Positions 37,722 to 50,599 of a stretch of 64,000 bases of DNA are shown here, piece by piece. Source of the stretch: Octopus sinensis (taxonomy: Eukaryota); the NCBI RefSeq assembly GCF_006345805.1, contig NC_043003.1, positions 101,246,001-101,310,000 on the forward strand. Direction: 5' to 3'. The first letter of the stretch is position 1. The number at the start of each line of letters is the position of its first letter. The position numbers were made by a program, and so were the translations under genes. A model generated the notes under the pieces. That model searched no databases, was not told the origin of the DNA, and saw only the letters and a list, made by a program, of their open reading frames with translations.

Positions 37722-38305
37722 CTAGCATCATGACCCGTCGTTGCCGGGTCATAGTGCTAGTGCATGTATATATGGGTACATATTACATCTATATATATAT
37801 ACATCTACACATAAAATACAAAATACAAAGTTATATCTTGATATCACTAGTGATAACAATATTCAAAATATATAACAGACTGGAATTGTAAGCCTGTCTC
37901 TTGCAATTTCGATCAATTTTATCTTGTACTCCCTCTTGTATAGAAGTGTGGCTACAATCCAGCCTACCTCAATTTCTGTTAGGGGGGACATTTTTAATTT
38001 TTATCCGGCACGTCCTACGTCCCAGATAAAAATTAAAAATGTCCCCCCAGAAGTAGAGGTAGGCTGGATTGTAGTCACACTTCTATACAAGAGGGAGGAC
38101 AAGATACAATTGATCAAAATTGCAAGAGACGGGCCTACAATTCCAATCTGTTATATATTTTGAGTATTGTTATCACTAGCGATATCAAGATATAACTTTG
38201 TATTTTTATTTTATGTGTATATATATATATATATATAGATGTACATGTAATATGTATACATATATATTATTAGCACTATGACCCGGCAACGACAAGTCAT
38301 AATAG
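37722..38305. mobile_element. 584-bp palindromic (fold-back) element with Helitron-type 3' termini
   Basis: Arms 37722-38013 and 38017-38305 are imperfect reverse complements around a CCT loop. Termini carry the ATGACCCG-GCAACGA-CGGGTCAT hairpin plus CTAG (left perfect, right decayed to ATAG). Confidence 0.88.
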
Positions 38306-38374
38306 TATATATATATATATATTTCACATATATATATATATACATACATATATATATATATATACATATATATA

Positions 38375-38695
38375 CACCTGTGTCGGTGGCACATAAAAAA
38401 CACCATCCGAGCGTGGCCGTCTGCCAGCCTCATCTGGCACCTGTGTCGGTGGCACATAAAAAACACCATCCGAGCGTGACCGTCTGCCAGCCTCGTCTGG
38501 CACCTGTGTCGGTGGCACATAAAATCACCCACTACACTCTCGGAGTGGTTGGCGTTAGGAAGGGCATCCAGCTGTAGAAACACTGCCAGATCTGACTGGC
38601 CTGGTGCAGCCTTCGGGCTTGCCAGATCCCAGTTGAACCGTCCAACCCATGCTAGCATGGAAAGCGAACGTTAAACGATGATGATGATGATGATG

Positions 38696-38697
<2 letters not shown>
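38375..38697 (+). mobile_element. RTE-A 3'-tail element with 63-bp tandem repeats
   Basis: Unit starts at 38375, 38438 and 38501. Ends CCCATGCTAGCATGGAAAGCGAACGTTAAAC(GAT)n. Confidence 0.88.
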
Positions 38698-38742
<45 letters not shown>

Positions 38743-38946
38743 TACACATATATATACACACATATATATATACATATATATAGTGACGTATATTTGCCAT
38801 ATCAATATGGCTACCCCTAAGGGTGGATGCTACTGTAGTTTTTAGCCCCAGGAGGACACACTTCTCCAGCTGGCCATAGACACACTTTCTGTGTCCTGTC
38901 AGTATTTGCAAAGAGAAGTCATCCTTCCCGTCTTCAACTTATGATA

Positions 38947-38991
38947 CACACGGACTCGAGTTTCGAGGTATTGACCTCTCGTCAGCGTGTG
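38947..38991 (-). ncRNA. Minimal type I hammerhead ribozyme, all core positions intact
   Basis: CACACG-CUGACGA-GAGG-UCAAUA-CCUC-GAAAC-UCGA-GUC/CGUGUG. Stem I 6 bp, stem II 4 bp, palindromic helix III ACUCGAGU, GUC cleavage site. Confidence 0.93.
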
Positions 38992-39009
38992 ACAATCATA
39001 GTTGTCGGC

Positions 39010-41400
39010 GAATTTCTTTATTACGATTAGAAAATCATTACATAGAAGGACAATACAGGACATACATACAAAAAACAGTTAAGTGGTTCGATTAAAAATT
39101 TTCCATAACATTTGGATTATTCATATACAAAATTTGTATTTAAATTGTCCTTTGCATGACCAATAGAACATTACAACATTACATTAACTTGCGATCTTAC
39201 CGATATTTTAAACCCGGCAACCTATAAGGCCCCGCAGCTTTTCTTTCCTCTCCTCCATCCATAGTTAAGCTGGGTTTCTGACACCCACCTTTTTGCCACT
39301 TCCTTCCATCTTTTTTCAAACACACCTCGTGGTAAGATCTTCTTTTCCAGCCCCATTTTGCTCTTCAGATGATATCTGAAGTAAGTGAGCAAGCCGGGGC
39401 CTGAGACAAAGGATCCTATTGCGACTCCTTCCATTCTTGTACGCCACATGCATTCTTTTACTACTGCAACCGTGCAGTGAAAACATGCCTCACCTTCCTT
39501 CGAGAGTCCAGTGGTGGTATCATCTTAATCATAGACTCAGCCGACAGCTGTACTCGTCCCAGATGCGATAACACGTGTTCTGCGTAACTTATCAAGTCTG
39601 ACAACTTCCGACAGTGTACAAAAGCGTGCTGGACGGTTTCATCGTCCAACCGCATCTTGGACACGTCGGTGGCACTGAAATTCCGTGTCGCGATAACTTC
39701 TCGCGAACAGGTAAAGCATTCCTATAACACTGCCAGGCCAGGGATCTTTGGAATTATCCAAATACCCCGTCCTGAAAGTCTTTTTAAACAGGTTGGTAAG
39801 CTGGTCTTCGTCAAACCCCAGAGCCCCTCCTAGGACGTCGTCGTTCTTTGCCTCTACCAGCCTGCTATAAAATACCGAGGTGGTATTTCCGCAGCTGGCC
39901 TTGCCCGCCTTGTGGATCAGCGTGAGTGCCTGTCGGCACTCCTTTTGCCATAAAGTCAGATTCCGTCTTTTGATGCGACCGGGTTTAAAATTCACTAAGG
40001 AAGCCGGTCTCGGGAAAAATTCCCCTGCCAGCGGACTCCACACCTTATCACCCTCCAGGTGGTGCCAGAGATGCTTCAGCCTCAACGCATGCCGCATCAT
40101 CAACCAAGGCATTCTAAACCACCCTTTAACGGTTCCTGGCAGCAAACGGAGCGCCTCACAAGTGGCTTTCCTCCCTTCCACAAAAAGCGGAAAAGGATTC
40201 GCTCCAACTTGCTAAGCCATGAATCGGGGCAAGGGACAGCGGTCAGGCGGTAAGTGATTACAGATGCAATGAACATCTGTGCCACCTCCGCCCTTCCTTT
40301 CAAGGACAGAGACCTCCCGGACCAGGTCCGTACTATGGCCTCCACCTTGTTCGTCACCTCACTCCAATTCCTCTCCGTTTGGGAGTCTGACCCAAACCAA
40401 ACTCCTAGCAACTTAACAGGACCATCCGTCCAGTGTCCCAAGACACTGGACGATATCGACTTGTTCCTCCAGGTGCCGAGGCGTAAGCCAACCAACTTGT
40501 CCTTGTTAACCCTTGCTCCTGCCACCGCCTCGTATCCTCTGATAGCATCTTCTACACAAGGTAGCTGGGGCTCATTGGACACGATGAGGGTGACGTCATC
40601 CGCATAAGCAGTAACCGTCCTCCCACCTCCGATCTCATCCGGGTTACTTCCCAGCCTCTCCAACTTTCGCAGCAATGGCTCGAGAGCCAACACGTACAAA
40701 AGTGGTGACAAGGGGCACCCTTGACGAACTGAATATTCAATCGAAAACGGTTCCGTTAGGTATCCATTTATCTGGACGGTGGACTTGATGCCGCTATACA
40801 TAGCGGAGATCCACCCGTGAAATTCAGGGCCCAGTCCAGCCGCTTCGAGGACCGTCGCCAGGTACTTATCGAACGCTTTACTTTGGTCTAAATGGACCAT
40901 TACACCACCCTTGCCGGTTAATTTACCCACCCTATCTAATGTGTAGCGTATAAGGTGAAGATTGTCTTGGATCAACCTGTCTGGAATTGCACATGTCTGT
41001 GCTTTCCCTACAAGTTTCTCCACGACAATCGTCAACCTTTTTGCCAACACCTTGGCCAAAATCTTTAACTCTACATTAAGTAGAGTTATGGGCCTGTAAT
41101 TACTAATGTTATCCCCCTTGCTCGGGTCTTTCTGGATTAGCGTCACCACTCCCTGGCTTACAGAACTGGGAATTCTCCCATTCTGCTGCCAGTTCGTGTA
41201 GACGCCTGCCCATATTCCCCCGAACAAGTCCGGCATACTTTGGTAAAACTCATAGGGCAGACCATCCAACCCCAGCGCATCCGGCCAGTATCCCCTCTAT
41301 CTCTGCGGGAGTGATCGCTTCTTCACAGCACTCCACCTCACGCCCCGAGAGCCGCGGTCCGCCGGCTAGGAAGTCCTTTAAGGCCCTCCCCCAGCCTTTG
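39010..41400 (-). mobile_element. Tx1/L1-clade LINE ORF2 (RT and C-terminus), 5'-truncated, frameshifted
   Basis: GLDGLPYEFY, NYRPITLLNVELKILAK, VRQGCPLSPLLY, AYADDVT, SLKGRAEV. The 3' UTR ends ..AATAAAGAAA near 39010. Confidence 0.9.
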
Positions 41401-41679
41401 CATACTGAATACTTGGTGAAATTGATTAATTAATTAATTTTACCCTCAATTGTTGAAATTATAATTCATCTCTCTCTATATAATGCCGCAGACTTTACCG
41501 AAAAAAGCATAGTGTTTACTGATTTTAGCCCACGCTGGTGGAAAGGGGAGAGCAGAAATTCTTCGCTTGCATTTTTGGGTTTGTTGGCACTGTTAGTTAC
41601 GAGCAGATCTTCGGAAGCGAGAGGAGGCCGAAAGGGTATGCTCCCACTTTCAGTGTTTTCAAATCCAAACCAGGAGTTC

Positions 41680-41731
41680 TGAGCTGATGATAGAAATGTC
41701 GTGTTGACTAATCTTGAAACGTATGTTCTCA
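41680..41731 (+). ncRNA. Minimal type I hammerhead ribozyme in a pLTR-like repeat (about 41400-41930)
   Basis: UGAG-CUGAUGA..GAAAC-GUAU-GUU/CUCA. Stem I is 4 bp and stem II is imperfect (AGA/UCU plus GUC/GAC). Confidence 0.7.
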
Positions 41732-41932
41732 AATAACCTTTGCACTTGATTTTTTAATGTCTCTACCCCCATATTTGCGTGAGTTGAATTGAGCAAACAC
41801 TATATGAGAGAGGTTTTCTTTAAGTATTAGAAATAGTTTTAAAAAAGTTTTTTTAGCTGCTATTTCTAATGAGTTCAGTATGCGGCAAAGTAATTTATTT
41901 TACTAAGCCCTTTTATATAATGTAATAATTTG

Positions 41933-41966
<34 letters not shown>

Positions 41967-42193
41967 ATATTATACACATATATGTATATATATAACATAT
42001 ATACATATATATGTATATATATTATATATATACATATATATGTATATTATATATATATATATATCATACTATATATGTATATATATATATATATATATAC
42101 ATATATATGTATATATATATATATATATACATATATATGTTATATATTATATATATACAATATATGTATATATATATATATATATACATATAT

Positions 42194-45100
42194 TACTCTA
42201 CTTTTACTTGTTTCAGCCATCGGCTGAGGCCATGCTGGGGCACCGCCCTTGTTGCTACCCTCTCTAAGTCCAGTTTGCCGTGGCTGGCCACTGATCTAAG
42301 AGAGAGTTTGTAGCTGCTGCCCTTAGGTTACCTTCGTACCTTGCAGTGGGTTCATCTGGGATCCCGGAAAGCAGCTTGTCTAGATGTTTTTTGAAAATGT
42401 CCACATCCGCATCATGTAGATCTCTTAGTTTTCTTGGCAGTTTGTTGAACAGCTGAGGCCCTGAACCCCAGGCTATTACAGTATCTGCTCCTTACCCTGG
42501 ATGTGGAAGACGGGACCTTTGGCACCACACAGTGACGTCCTGTACGGGGATTGGAACAGCTCTCAATTCCAAATTTGGTGCTAGTCCCTCCAGGATTTTC
42601 CATATGTATATCACTGCATATCTCTCTCGTCTTCGTTCCAAGGAGTACAAATTGAGTTCCCTAAGCCTCTCCCAATAGTTCTCTTCTTTCATGGTGGAAA
42701 TCCTCTTGGTGAAATGTCTTTGGATTGTCTCAAGCTCTGTGGTTAGTTTGACACTATGCGGTGACCACAGTTGGGAGCAGTAGTCCAGGCGGCTTAGGAC
42801 AATGTCATCCATAGTGTCAACATGGTCTCGCAGTCTCTTGTCCGGAATGTCCTCAGGATCCAGCCAGTGAGTCGTCTGCACATTGTCGCCACCTTCGCGA
42901 TGTGTGAAGAAAAAGATGCATCGTCACTCATGTCTATCCCCAGGTCCCGTATTGATTTCGATACTGGATTTCGATCCCTCCTGGACCAGTATAGTTGTTG
43001 TAATGTATATGTGTTACAGCTTGATATTGTAAGGCTTGAAATTTACCAGCATAAATTGCATGTTGTTGTCTTCAGCCCATTTGTATATGGCATCCAGATC
43101 TTGTTGTAAAAGGTCATCAGCTGGGTTTTTGATTGCCTGTGCTACCTTGTGTCATCAGCATAGCTAGTGAGGGATGTTGTTTGTGCTACCAAGGGCATGT
43201 CAGAGAGCGCCCCACCAAAAAGCAAGGGTCCCAGACTGTGCCCTGTGGCACCCCGCTTGCTATTGGTGTCTTTCCCGAGAGGGCTCCATTGGCTGCAACC
43301 ATCTGGCTTCTGTCCTTCAGGAAGTCATGTATCCACTCACCTACTTTTCCTGTTATGCCGAGTCTGAGTAATTTGTGACATATCACTCCGTGGTCGACTT
43401 TGTCAAAGGCCTTCGCAAAGTCGAGATATACCACATCTACCTGTGAGCGATCCAGTAGTTGTTTCAGTACCCAGTCGTAGTGTTGTAACAGCTGCGTAAG
43501 GCAGCTTCTTCCTGGGCGAAAGCCATGCTGTGTGTCAGTGAGACGGTTAGTTTCTTCGAGGAACGTGATCAGTTTTTTTGATGATTCGTTCCATGACCTT
43601 ACTTATGTGTGACGTCAGGGAGACTGGCCTGTAGTAGTTTTTGGCCTCTGCTCTACTCCCTCCTTTGTGGATAGGGCATATGGTGCCTTCTTTTAGCGCC
43701 CGGGCAGTTTACCGTTAGCCAAGGAAACACTGAAGAGCTTCTTCAGTGGTCCCGCTAGGGCATGCCTGCATGTCTTTAGGAGGACTGCTGGGAATCCATC
43801 TGGTCCAGCAGCTGAGTTTATTCTCATTTCTTCTATGGCAGATATTACATCCCTCTCTGTTATGTCTATGTGGTCGATGGTTGTTGTTTGGTTTTGGAGT
43901 GTTGTGGCATCAAAGAAAACTTCTGGGTTGTGATTTGCATGTGCCCCAGAGGGGATGTGAACACACTTTTATACTGTTCCTTTAGTATTCACTTATCCCT
44001 TGGGGGTCCTCAGTTAGAGAGCCCTTTTTATCAAAGAGTGGGCCAATCTTGCAGTGTACCGAGGTGGTTTCTTTCACAAATTTAAAGAAGGCTTTAGGGT
44101 TTGTTTTAATATTCTCTACGGCCCTGGCCTCTCTCTCTGCCCTCTCCTTCTCATAGGAAAGTTTGAGTGCAGTTTCCGTTTCAAAAAGTTTCAGGTGGAG
44201 TCCCTCATTGTTTCTCTGCCGTGCATTCAGTTGCTTCGAGAGCTTAGCTCTTCGCCTCATAAGTATTTTCCTGTCTCTGGGAATAACGTTCCTATGCCCG
44301 CCGGCCCTTTTCTCCGGGACAAACTTATGGCATATGTTCTGTATTGTTGTCATGAAATGTTGGAAATGTGTGTTGGTGTCTTGTGTGGTGATGAAGTCAC
44401 TCCAGTCATGTTTTCGGATCTCTTCGTTGATCTTCTTCCAGTTTGCCTTATGGAAGTTTAGACTGGATAGGCCTGTGGTATTTTCTAATGGCTGCGTCTC
44501 AACTAACTCTCTCATACCATATATCATTACCTCTACTAAGTTGTGGTCTGAGAGAATTGTCGGTGTCACCACCACGTTGTGGATGAGCATCGGGTTGCTT
44601 GTGAAACAGAGGTCCAAGACATTCTCACCTCTTGTTGGCCAAAGCACTGCTTGCTCCATGAAAAACTTGCGTGTGAGAGCCAACAAGGACTCTGTCTGTC
44701 TCTGTTCAAGTGATGTCATTCCAGGGAGGAGATGGCCATCTGGCCATTTGACTTTCGGAAGGTTAAAATCTCCCAGCAGTAGAATGGTGTTACCCTGGTC
44801 CAGTTGTCCAGGACTTCTTCTATTCTTCTGAGGCTATCTTCAAACACTCCTTCATGACTAGGGGTGTCTGGTGGCCGATATGTGACACATATTACTATTT
44901 CGGTTGTTCATGTGTACTATCAGTGTGTCACAGACTGAGTTTGAGTGTGTCAACAGTACTATGGGTGTGACATCTTCACGGACGTACAGGGCAACCCCAC
45001 CATGAGTTCTTTCCTTCCTGTCCGACCGAAAAACAGTATACTTCGGTATGTGTATTTCCGCATCTGCTATACTGCTTGACAGGTGCGTTTCAGTCAGCGC

Positions 45101-45236
45101 CATGCATATTGCATGGTTGCTTGTGCTCAAGTCCCTAAGGTAAGGAATTTTACCCATATTAGTGGGTTTCACCAGACCTCTGACATTCAGCAGAAGCACT
45201 GGTGAGACACCCGGGGTGTCAATAAAGGCTGACGTG
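42194..45236 (-). mobile_element. CR1/L2-like LINE ORF2 (APE-RT), decayed, inserted in a TA array
   Basis: [79 protein letters not shown]. Confidence 0.92.
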
Positions 45237-45455
45237 TATATATATATATACATTATATATGTATATATATATAATATATATACATATATAAGTATATATA
45301 TACTATATATATACATATATATGTATATATATATATATATTATATACCCATATATATGTATATATATATATATATATACACTATATGTATATATAGTATA
45401 TATATATATATACATATATATGTATATATATATATATATACATATATATGATATA

Positions 45456-45493
<38 letters not shown>

Positions 45494-45562
45494 CATACAT
45501 ATATATGTATATATATATATATATATACATATATATGTATATATACATATATATATATCATA

Positions 45563-45665
<103 letters not shown>

Positions 45666-45666
45666 G

Positions 45667-45768
45667 ACTGGCCTGGTGCAGCCTTCGGGCTCCCCAGACC
45701 CCAGTTGAACCGTCCAACCCATGCTAGCATGGAAAGCGGACGTTAAATGATGATGATGATGATGATGA
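45667..45768 (+). mobile_element. Short RTE-A 3'-tail copy in a TA array
   Basis: Matches 38595-38697 and has a (GAT)n tail. Confidence 0.85.
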
Positions 45769-45785
45769 TATATTATATATGTATA

Positions 45786-45842
<57 letters not shown>

Positions 45843-45849
45843 TAACGGG

Positions 45850-47096
45850 GCTGCTAGGTAGCTGAAACAATTTTTTCTGGTAAGTACAGTCTTTTCAGAG
45901 TATTCTTGCTCATTTTCATGATTCTGATATTTTAATTTTTTTTTTGTTACAGATTTTTGAATAAACAAGTATCAATGTTACAAGGAAAATGAAGAAAACT
46001 GAGTATCGTACTGTCATAAAGTACTTTCATTTGAAAGGCATGACTCCATCAGACATCCATGAAGATAAGGTGAGAACCGTAACAGACAATGCTCCTTCAT
46101 ATGCAACAGTCAAACGCTGGGTAAATGAATTCCAGCATGGCAGGGAGAGTGTGGAAGATAATCCCACACCAGGGAGGCCTCCAACTGCAACCACTGAGGA
46201 CAACATCGACCTTGCTCTTAGTATGATAATGTAAGATCATCAAATATCATGTCGCCAGATAGCTGAGAGACTGGACATCTCAAATGAAAGAGCTAACAGC
46301 ATTGTGACAAAAGAACTTGGATTCTCAAAGGCTTCTGCAGGGTGGGTCCTTCGCCTTTTAACTCCAGACCAGAAACGCATTAGGTGCACTTTGTCCATGA
46401 GCAAACTGGAACTGTTTGAAGCTGATGAAGAGAATTTTCTTGCTCGTTTTATTACTATGGACGGAAGTTGGGTTCATCACTACCAGCCTGAAAGCAAAGA
46501 ACAATCAAAGCAGTGGAAGGATACATCTTCTCCTACCCCAAAGAAGGTCATTCCTTCAGCTGGCAAGGTCATGGTGTCAGTTTTTTTGGATTCTCAAGGT
46601 ATCTTGCTGATCGATTACCTTGAAAAGGGTCACACCATGACAGGGCTGTATTATTCTCAGCTACTGTAATGCCTCCAGGAAGCAATCAAAGAAAAAAGGC
46701 CAGGAATGCTCACCAGAGGAGTCCTTTTTCATCACGACAATGCTCCAGCCGACACCTCAGTGGTTGCCATGGCAACAATTCATGATTCTGGATACAAACT
46801 TGTTCCCTATCTGCCTTATTCGCCAGACTTAGCCCCCTCTGACTTTCATCTATTCCCAAAAATGAAAAAAGCCCTGGATGGTTGCCATTTTGCCACTGAC
46901 AATGACATCATAGACACTGTAGGAAGTTTCTTAGAGTCTCAAACAAAAGAGTTCCTCTATGCCAGGATAATGGCACTTCAGCACCGCTGGAGAAAGTGTT
47001 CAGCCATCAAAGGGGATTATGTTGAAAAATAAATCATCAGAAGTCTTGTACTATGTTTTGTTTTTTTGAGGCTTAAGACTTTTCAGATACCCTTCG
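45850..47096 (+). mobile_element. Mariner (DD34D) transposon, near full length; transposase 45989-47032 with two in-frame stops
   Basis: All three ORF pieces are in one frame: ITMDGSWVHHY, FHHDNAP, YSPDLAPSDFHLF. The right end ..CAGATACCCTTCG is followed by TA. The left TIR is only degenerately recognisable. Confidence 0.9.
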
Positions 47097-48106
47097 TATA
47101 TATATTTTTATTTTCTCTCCCTGTTTATTTCTGTGTTCCTTTCTGTTGAAGAACGTAGGCTCAAAATGTAAAAGACTTTCTCACTTCCCAAACATTAAAC
47201 TAAAAGGAAGAAGAAAAAATTGTTCTTTCAACAGAAGATGACAAGTTGGTTAATAAAAGTTATTTTTCAAAATATTGTCTGGATTTATTATCATCATCAT
47301 CCTTGTCCAATGTTTCATTCCTCGTGCTGGTACGGGTTGGAAAATCTGGATGTAAGATTGTTTCAATTTATGTATATGCACATATGTATAGTACTGTATA
47401 GTACATAAAGAATATAAAATATGTACACACAAATAAACACTTGTATATATATATATAAACATATTCACATACATATACATATATTACACACATATACATA
47501 CATATACAAATAACGATATGCCCATAACCCATTACAATTTCTTTACTCCTAAATATAATAAAGTAAAAGTGCTCATTATAACTAGTTGCATTTATTTCAA
47601 AGGGTATTTTATAATAAGTACTATTTATATCTGGAGAAAGTATACCCAATTTTATGCCTACAACCTTAGTATGTTGACATCTATAAGCAATGAAAATTAA
47701 ATTTACTTTTGACCATAGGCTGAAACAGCTGTAAGAAGTAATTTTTAGGATTTCATTAATTTATACTATGACTTTTAAAATCTGTATTTGTAATATTATC
47801 TTATCTATTGATTTATATAATATTTTTGTATGCTTTTGATGTTCTCATTTGTAAAATGAATAAATAATCCAATATTATCTGTAAATTGATGAACAAATCA
47901 AATTTGTTTCTCCATTTTCTTATTTGTATTATAAATTTACGGTAAAAATATTTCTTTACCTTTACCCATTTAATACAATAAATGACTTAATTGCATTGCG
48001 ATTAAAAACATTTATGCATTAAGAATTTGGGTACTTTACCAACAATATATTGGATAAATGATATCCCATAGTGGGTTACACCCATAACTCCTATCTTACT
48101 TTGTAC

Positions 48107-48184
<78 letters not shown>

Positions 48185-49965
48185 AGTAGGTGAATGAATT
48201 ATCCTATGTTTATCGTCAGCATGGAAAATTCGTTTAACCGAAACCTGGGTAGCAAATTCACGTCAGAAAACACGGTTGAAGCGACCTGTCAAGGGTAGAA
48301 ACTCCGGGTTCATGTGCAGAAATTTGTGTGGCGCGTTGTATATGAATAAATGAAAGAATGGAGTCGAACGAAGATGTTAACAAAATTCCTTTACTCTCAA
48401 CACATGTTTCAAAGACAGCATATTTTCATTCCGAAGGAATAAAGGGTGCATTATGCAATCTTCTCATCAGGAAAGAAAGGGAGCCTCTCTCGACAACAAG
48501 ACAAACAAAAATTTCGATGATTGCCTACATAGTAAACAGAGCGATAATGAGTGTATCTTTTAAAAAATCCGTTAGGAGAATTGATGTCAAAAATGGATAG
48601 TAGGAGGAAGGAAAGGTATAAAGCAATAATGGGTAGGGGACAGTATGTTTGCTGTATGTATTGAAATGCGTGGGTGTGTGCTTGTGTTAATGAGTGTGTG
48701 TGTATGTGTGTGTGTATAATTGCATTTGTGTCTGTGTGAGAGAGAGACAGACGTCAAAGATAGATAGTAGTAAGGGAAGGTATAAAGGAGTAATAGGTAG
48801 GGAACAAGTGGAGAGGGAAGTGTACGTTGATTGAAAGAATGTTCGAAGGCTTAGGAATGAATTTCTCTATAGCAGTGGGATGGACGTGACCCTAATTGTT
48901 CAAACCACAGTGACAACCGTTATCATTTATATGAGTAGAAAGTGTGTTTCTGCCAGTGTTTACATTTGTACGATTTTTCTATGTAAACTAGGGGAACCTT
49001 AGTGAAAAGAATATGGAAGAGTTCAGAGTTACAAATGTTACAAAATCTCCTGCCCTTATCAAAAGGAAAGGATACAGACAATATGAACCAATCTAACTTG
49101 AAAATTATATTATTGTCTTTAAGACACCAAACTAATTTACTTAGCCCTGTACTATGTCGTTTTTTCCTATCCCTGAATGTTGAATAGTGGTTAGAAATTC
49201 TCTTGGATAACTGAGAAGTGGACACTCCTATATAAAAGAAAACGTTGGTACCGGAAGAAATTCTACACTGGTAAATGGAATTCTTAATCTTAGAATTACT
49301 AGACAAAAATTTAATTCTGTTAGGGTTGTCCTCCGAGATCGAGACCAAGTTTTTGTTGTTATGATTGTTGTTTCTATTATTATTAGCGCTAACAACTACA
49401 CTATTTCTATTATTATTAGTATTATTAATTGTACTACAGCCAGTAATACCACCGACAATAATACCGTTATTGTTGTTACCATCAACACTACCATTGTTAT
49501 TAACACAACTAATACTATTATTAATATTATCATTGTTAGCACTTTCGCTGCTATCAATGTTGCTACTATTAATACTATTCCTATTATTCTGATTGTATGA
49601 TAGGTTGGAATTGGCAAGATTAGTGTTGGAACTCCCGGGTGAAGAATCTTTGTGTAGCAGCTTGGTCCAATCGGATAACACCGGCAACATATATAAGCTT
49701 ACCAAGAGCCATTATTTAGAACTGCTCAAAAGGGAGATACATAAGAATTACAGGACCACCAATAGGAATACTCTCAGGCAGGCCAACTTAGAAACTAAGA
49801 AGATTATGGAGACTTACAGATTACAGATGAAGACGGAACTATTCAACCCCAGACAACCCAGATTCATCTTAAAGGACCACAAACAGAACTTTCATACTAA
49901 CCCAGCATTGCGGCTCATATGCCCTTCCAGTTCAGACATCGGTACCCTTAGTAAATACATCTTAT
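48185..49965 (-). mobile_element. Hydra-type PLE with inverted structure: endonuclease + 3' UTR on minus, RT N-terminus on plus
   Basis: Minus ORF: SIYQCRI..FYIGVSTSQLSKRISNHYSTF..STGLSKLVWCLK..FCNICNSE..KCKH. Plus ORF from about 49670: DNTGNIYKL..FILKDHKQNF..LRLICP..DIGTLSKYIL. Confidence 0.8.
48394..48475 (-). ncRNA. Minimal type I hammerhead ribozyme in the PLE 3' UTR, sense to the endonuclease ORF
   Basis: CUUUC-CUGAUGA-GAAGA..GCAUA..UAUGC..UCUUU-GAAAC-AUGU-GUU/GAGAG. Stem I is 5 bp with one G-U. Stem II is extended. Confidence 0.85.
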
Positions 49966-50041
49966 GTGCCACCGACACAGGTGCCAGACGAGGCTGGCGA
50001 ACGGCTACGATCGGATGGTGTTTGTTACATGCCCACAGCAC

Positions 50042-50081
<40 letters not shown>

Positions 50082-50599
50082 AAGGATGTGTGTGTGTGTA
50101 GTAAGTATGCAGTTCTACAGTTTTCAACTGATTTTCACCAAACTTTACACACACATATTTTTTTCATTTGGATTAAAAAATATAACATAGGCACTGGTTC
50201 GGTATTACATGTCAAAAGTGAAAGAATAAGATCTATATTGTAATGTGATATAATACTGTTTCACTTTTGATAAGACAATAATATTGCTTCACTTTTATTC
50301 TTTCACTTTTCATTCTAATGTGATAACACTAAGATCATCTTATTTCTGTTGCATTTGAAATAAATGAATAATTTATATCCTAATGTGAACAACATAATGC
50401 ATCAGCAACTTTCTGTCTGTATGGCCACAACAGTGGAATGATATGTTAGTGTGTGTTGAATGACATAATGAATGGCTGGAGATGAAACTCTTGACAAAAA
50501 ACAATAAGGTGGCAGGTCCAAGGTATATGAAAATACACATTTACCATTCAATTACCAGTTAATAATTATCGCAGCAGTTGCAAGTTTGCAAGGTATTTC

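Noticed and set aside
38375-38530. Regularly spaced 63-bp (and 69-bp at 52030) repeats as a CRISPR-like array
   Set aside because: They are plain tandem repeats without unique spacers, in a eukaryotic TE context.
47140-47185. TTGAAGA..GCTCAAAATGT hammerhead-like relic
   Set aside because: Several core substitutions and no valid stems.
49361-49617. Hydrophobic I/L/T-rich ORFs suggesting a membrane protein
   Set aside because: They are alternative-frame or antisense readings of the AAT-rich tract in the PLE.
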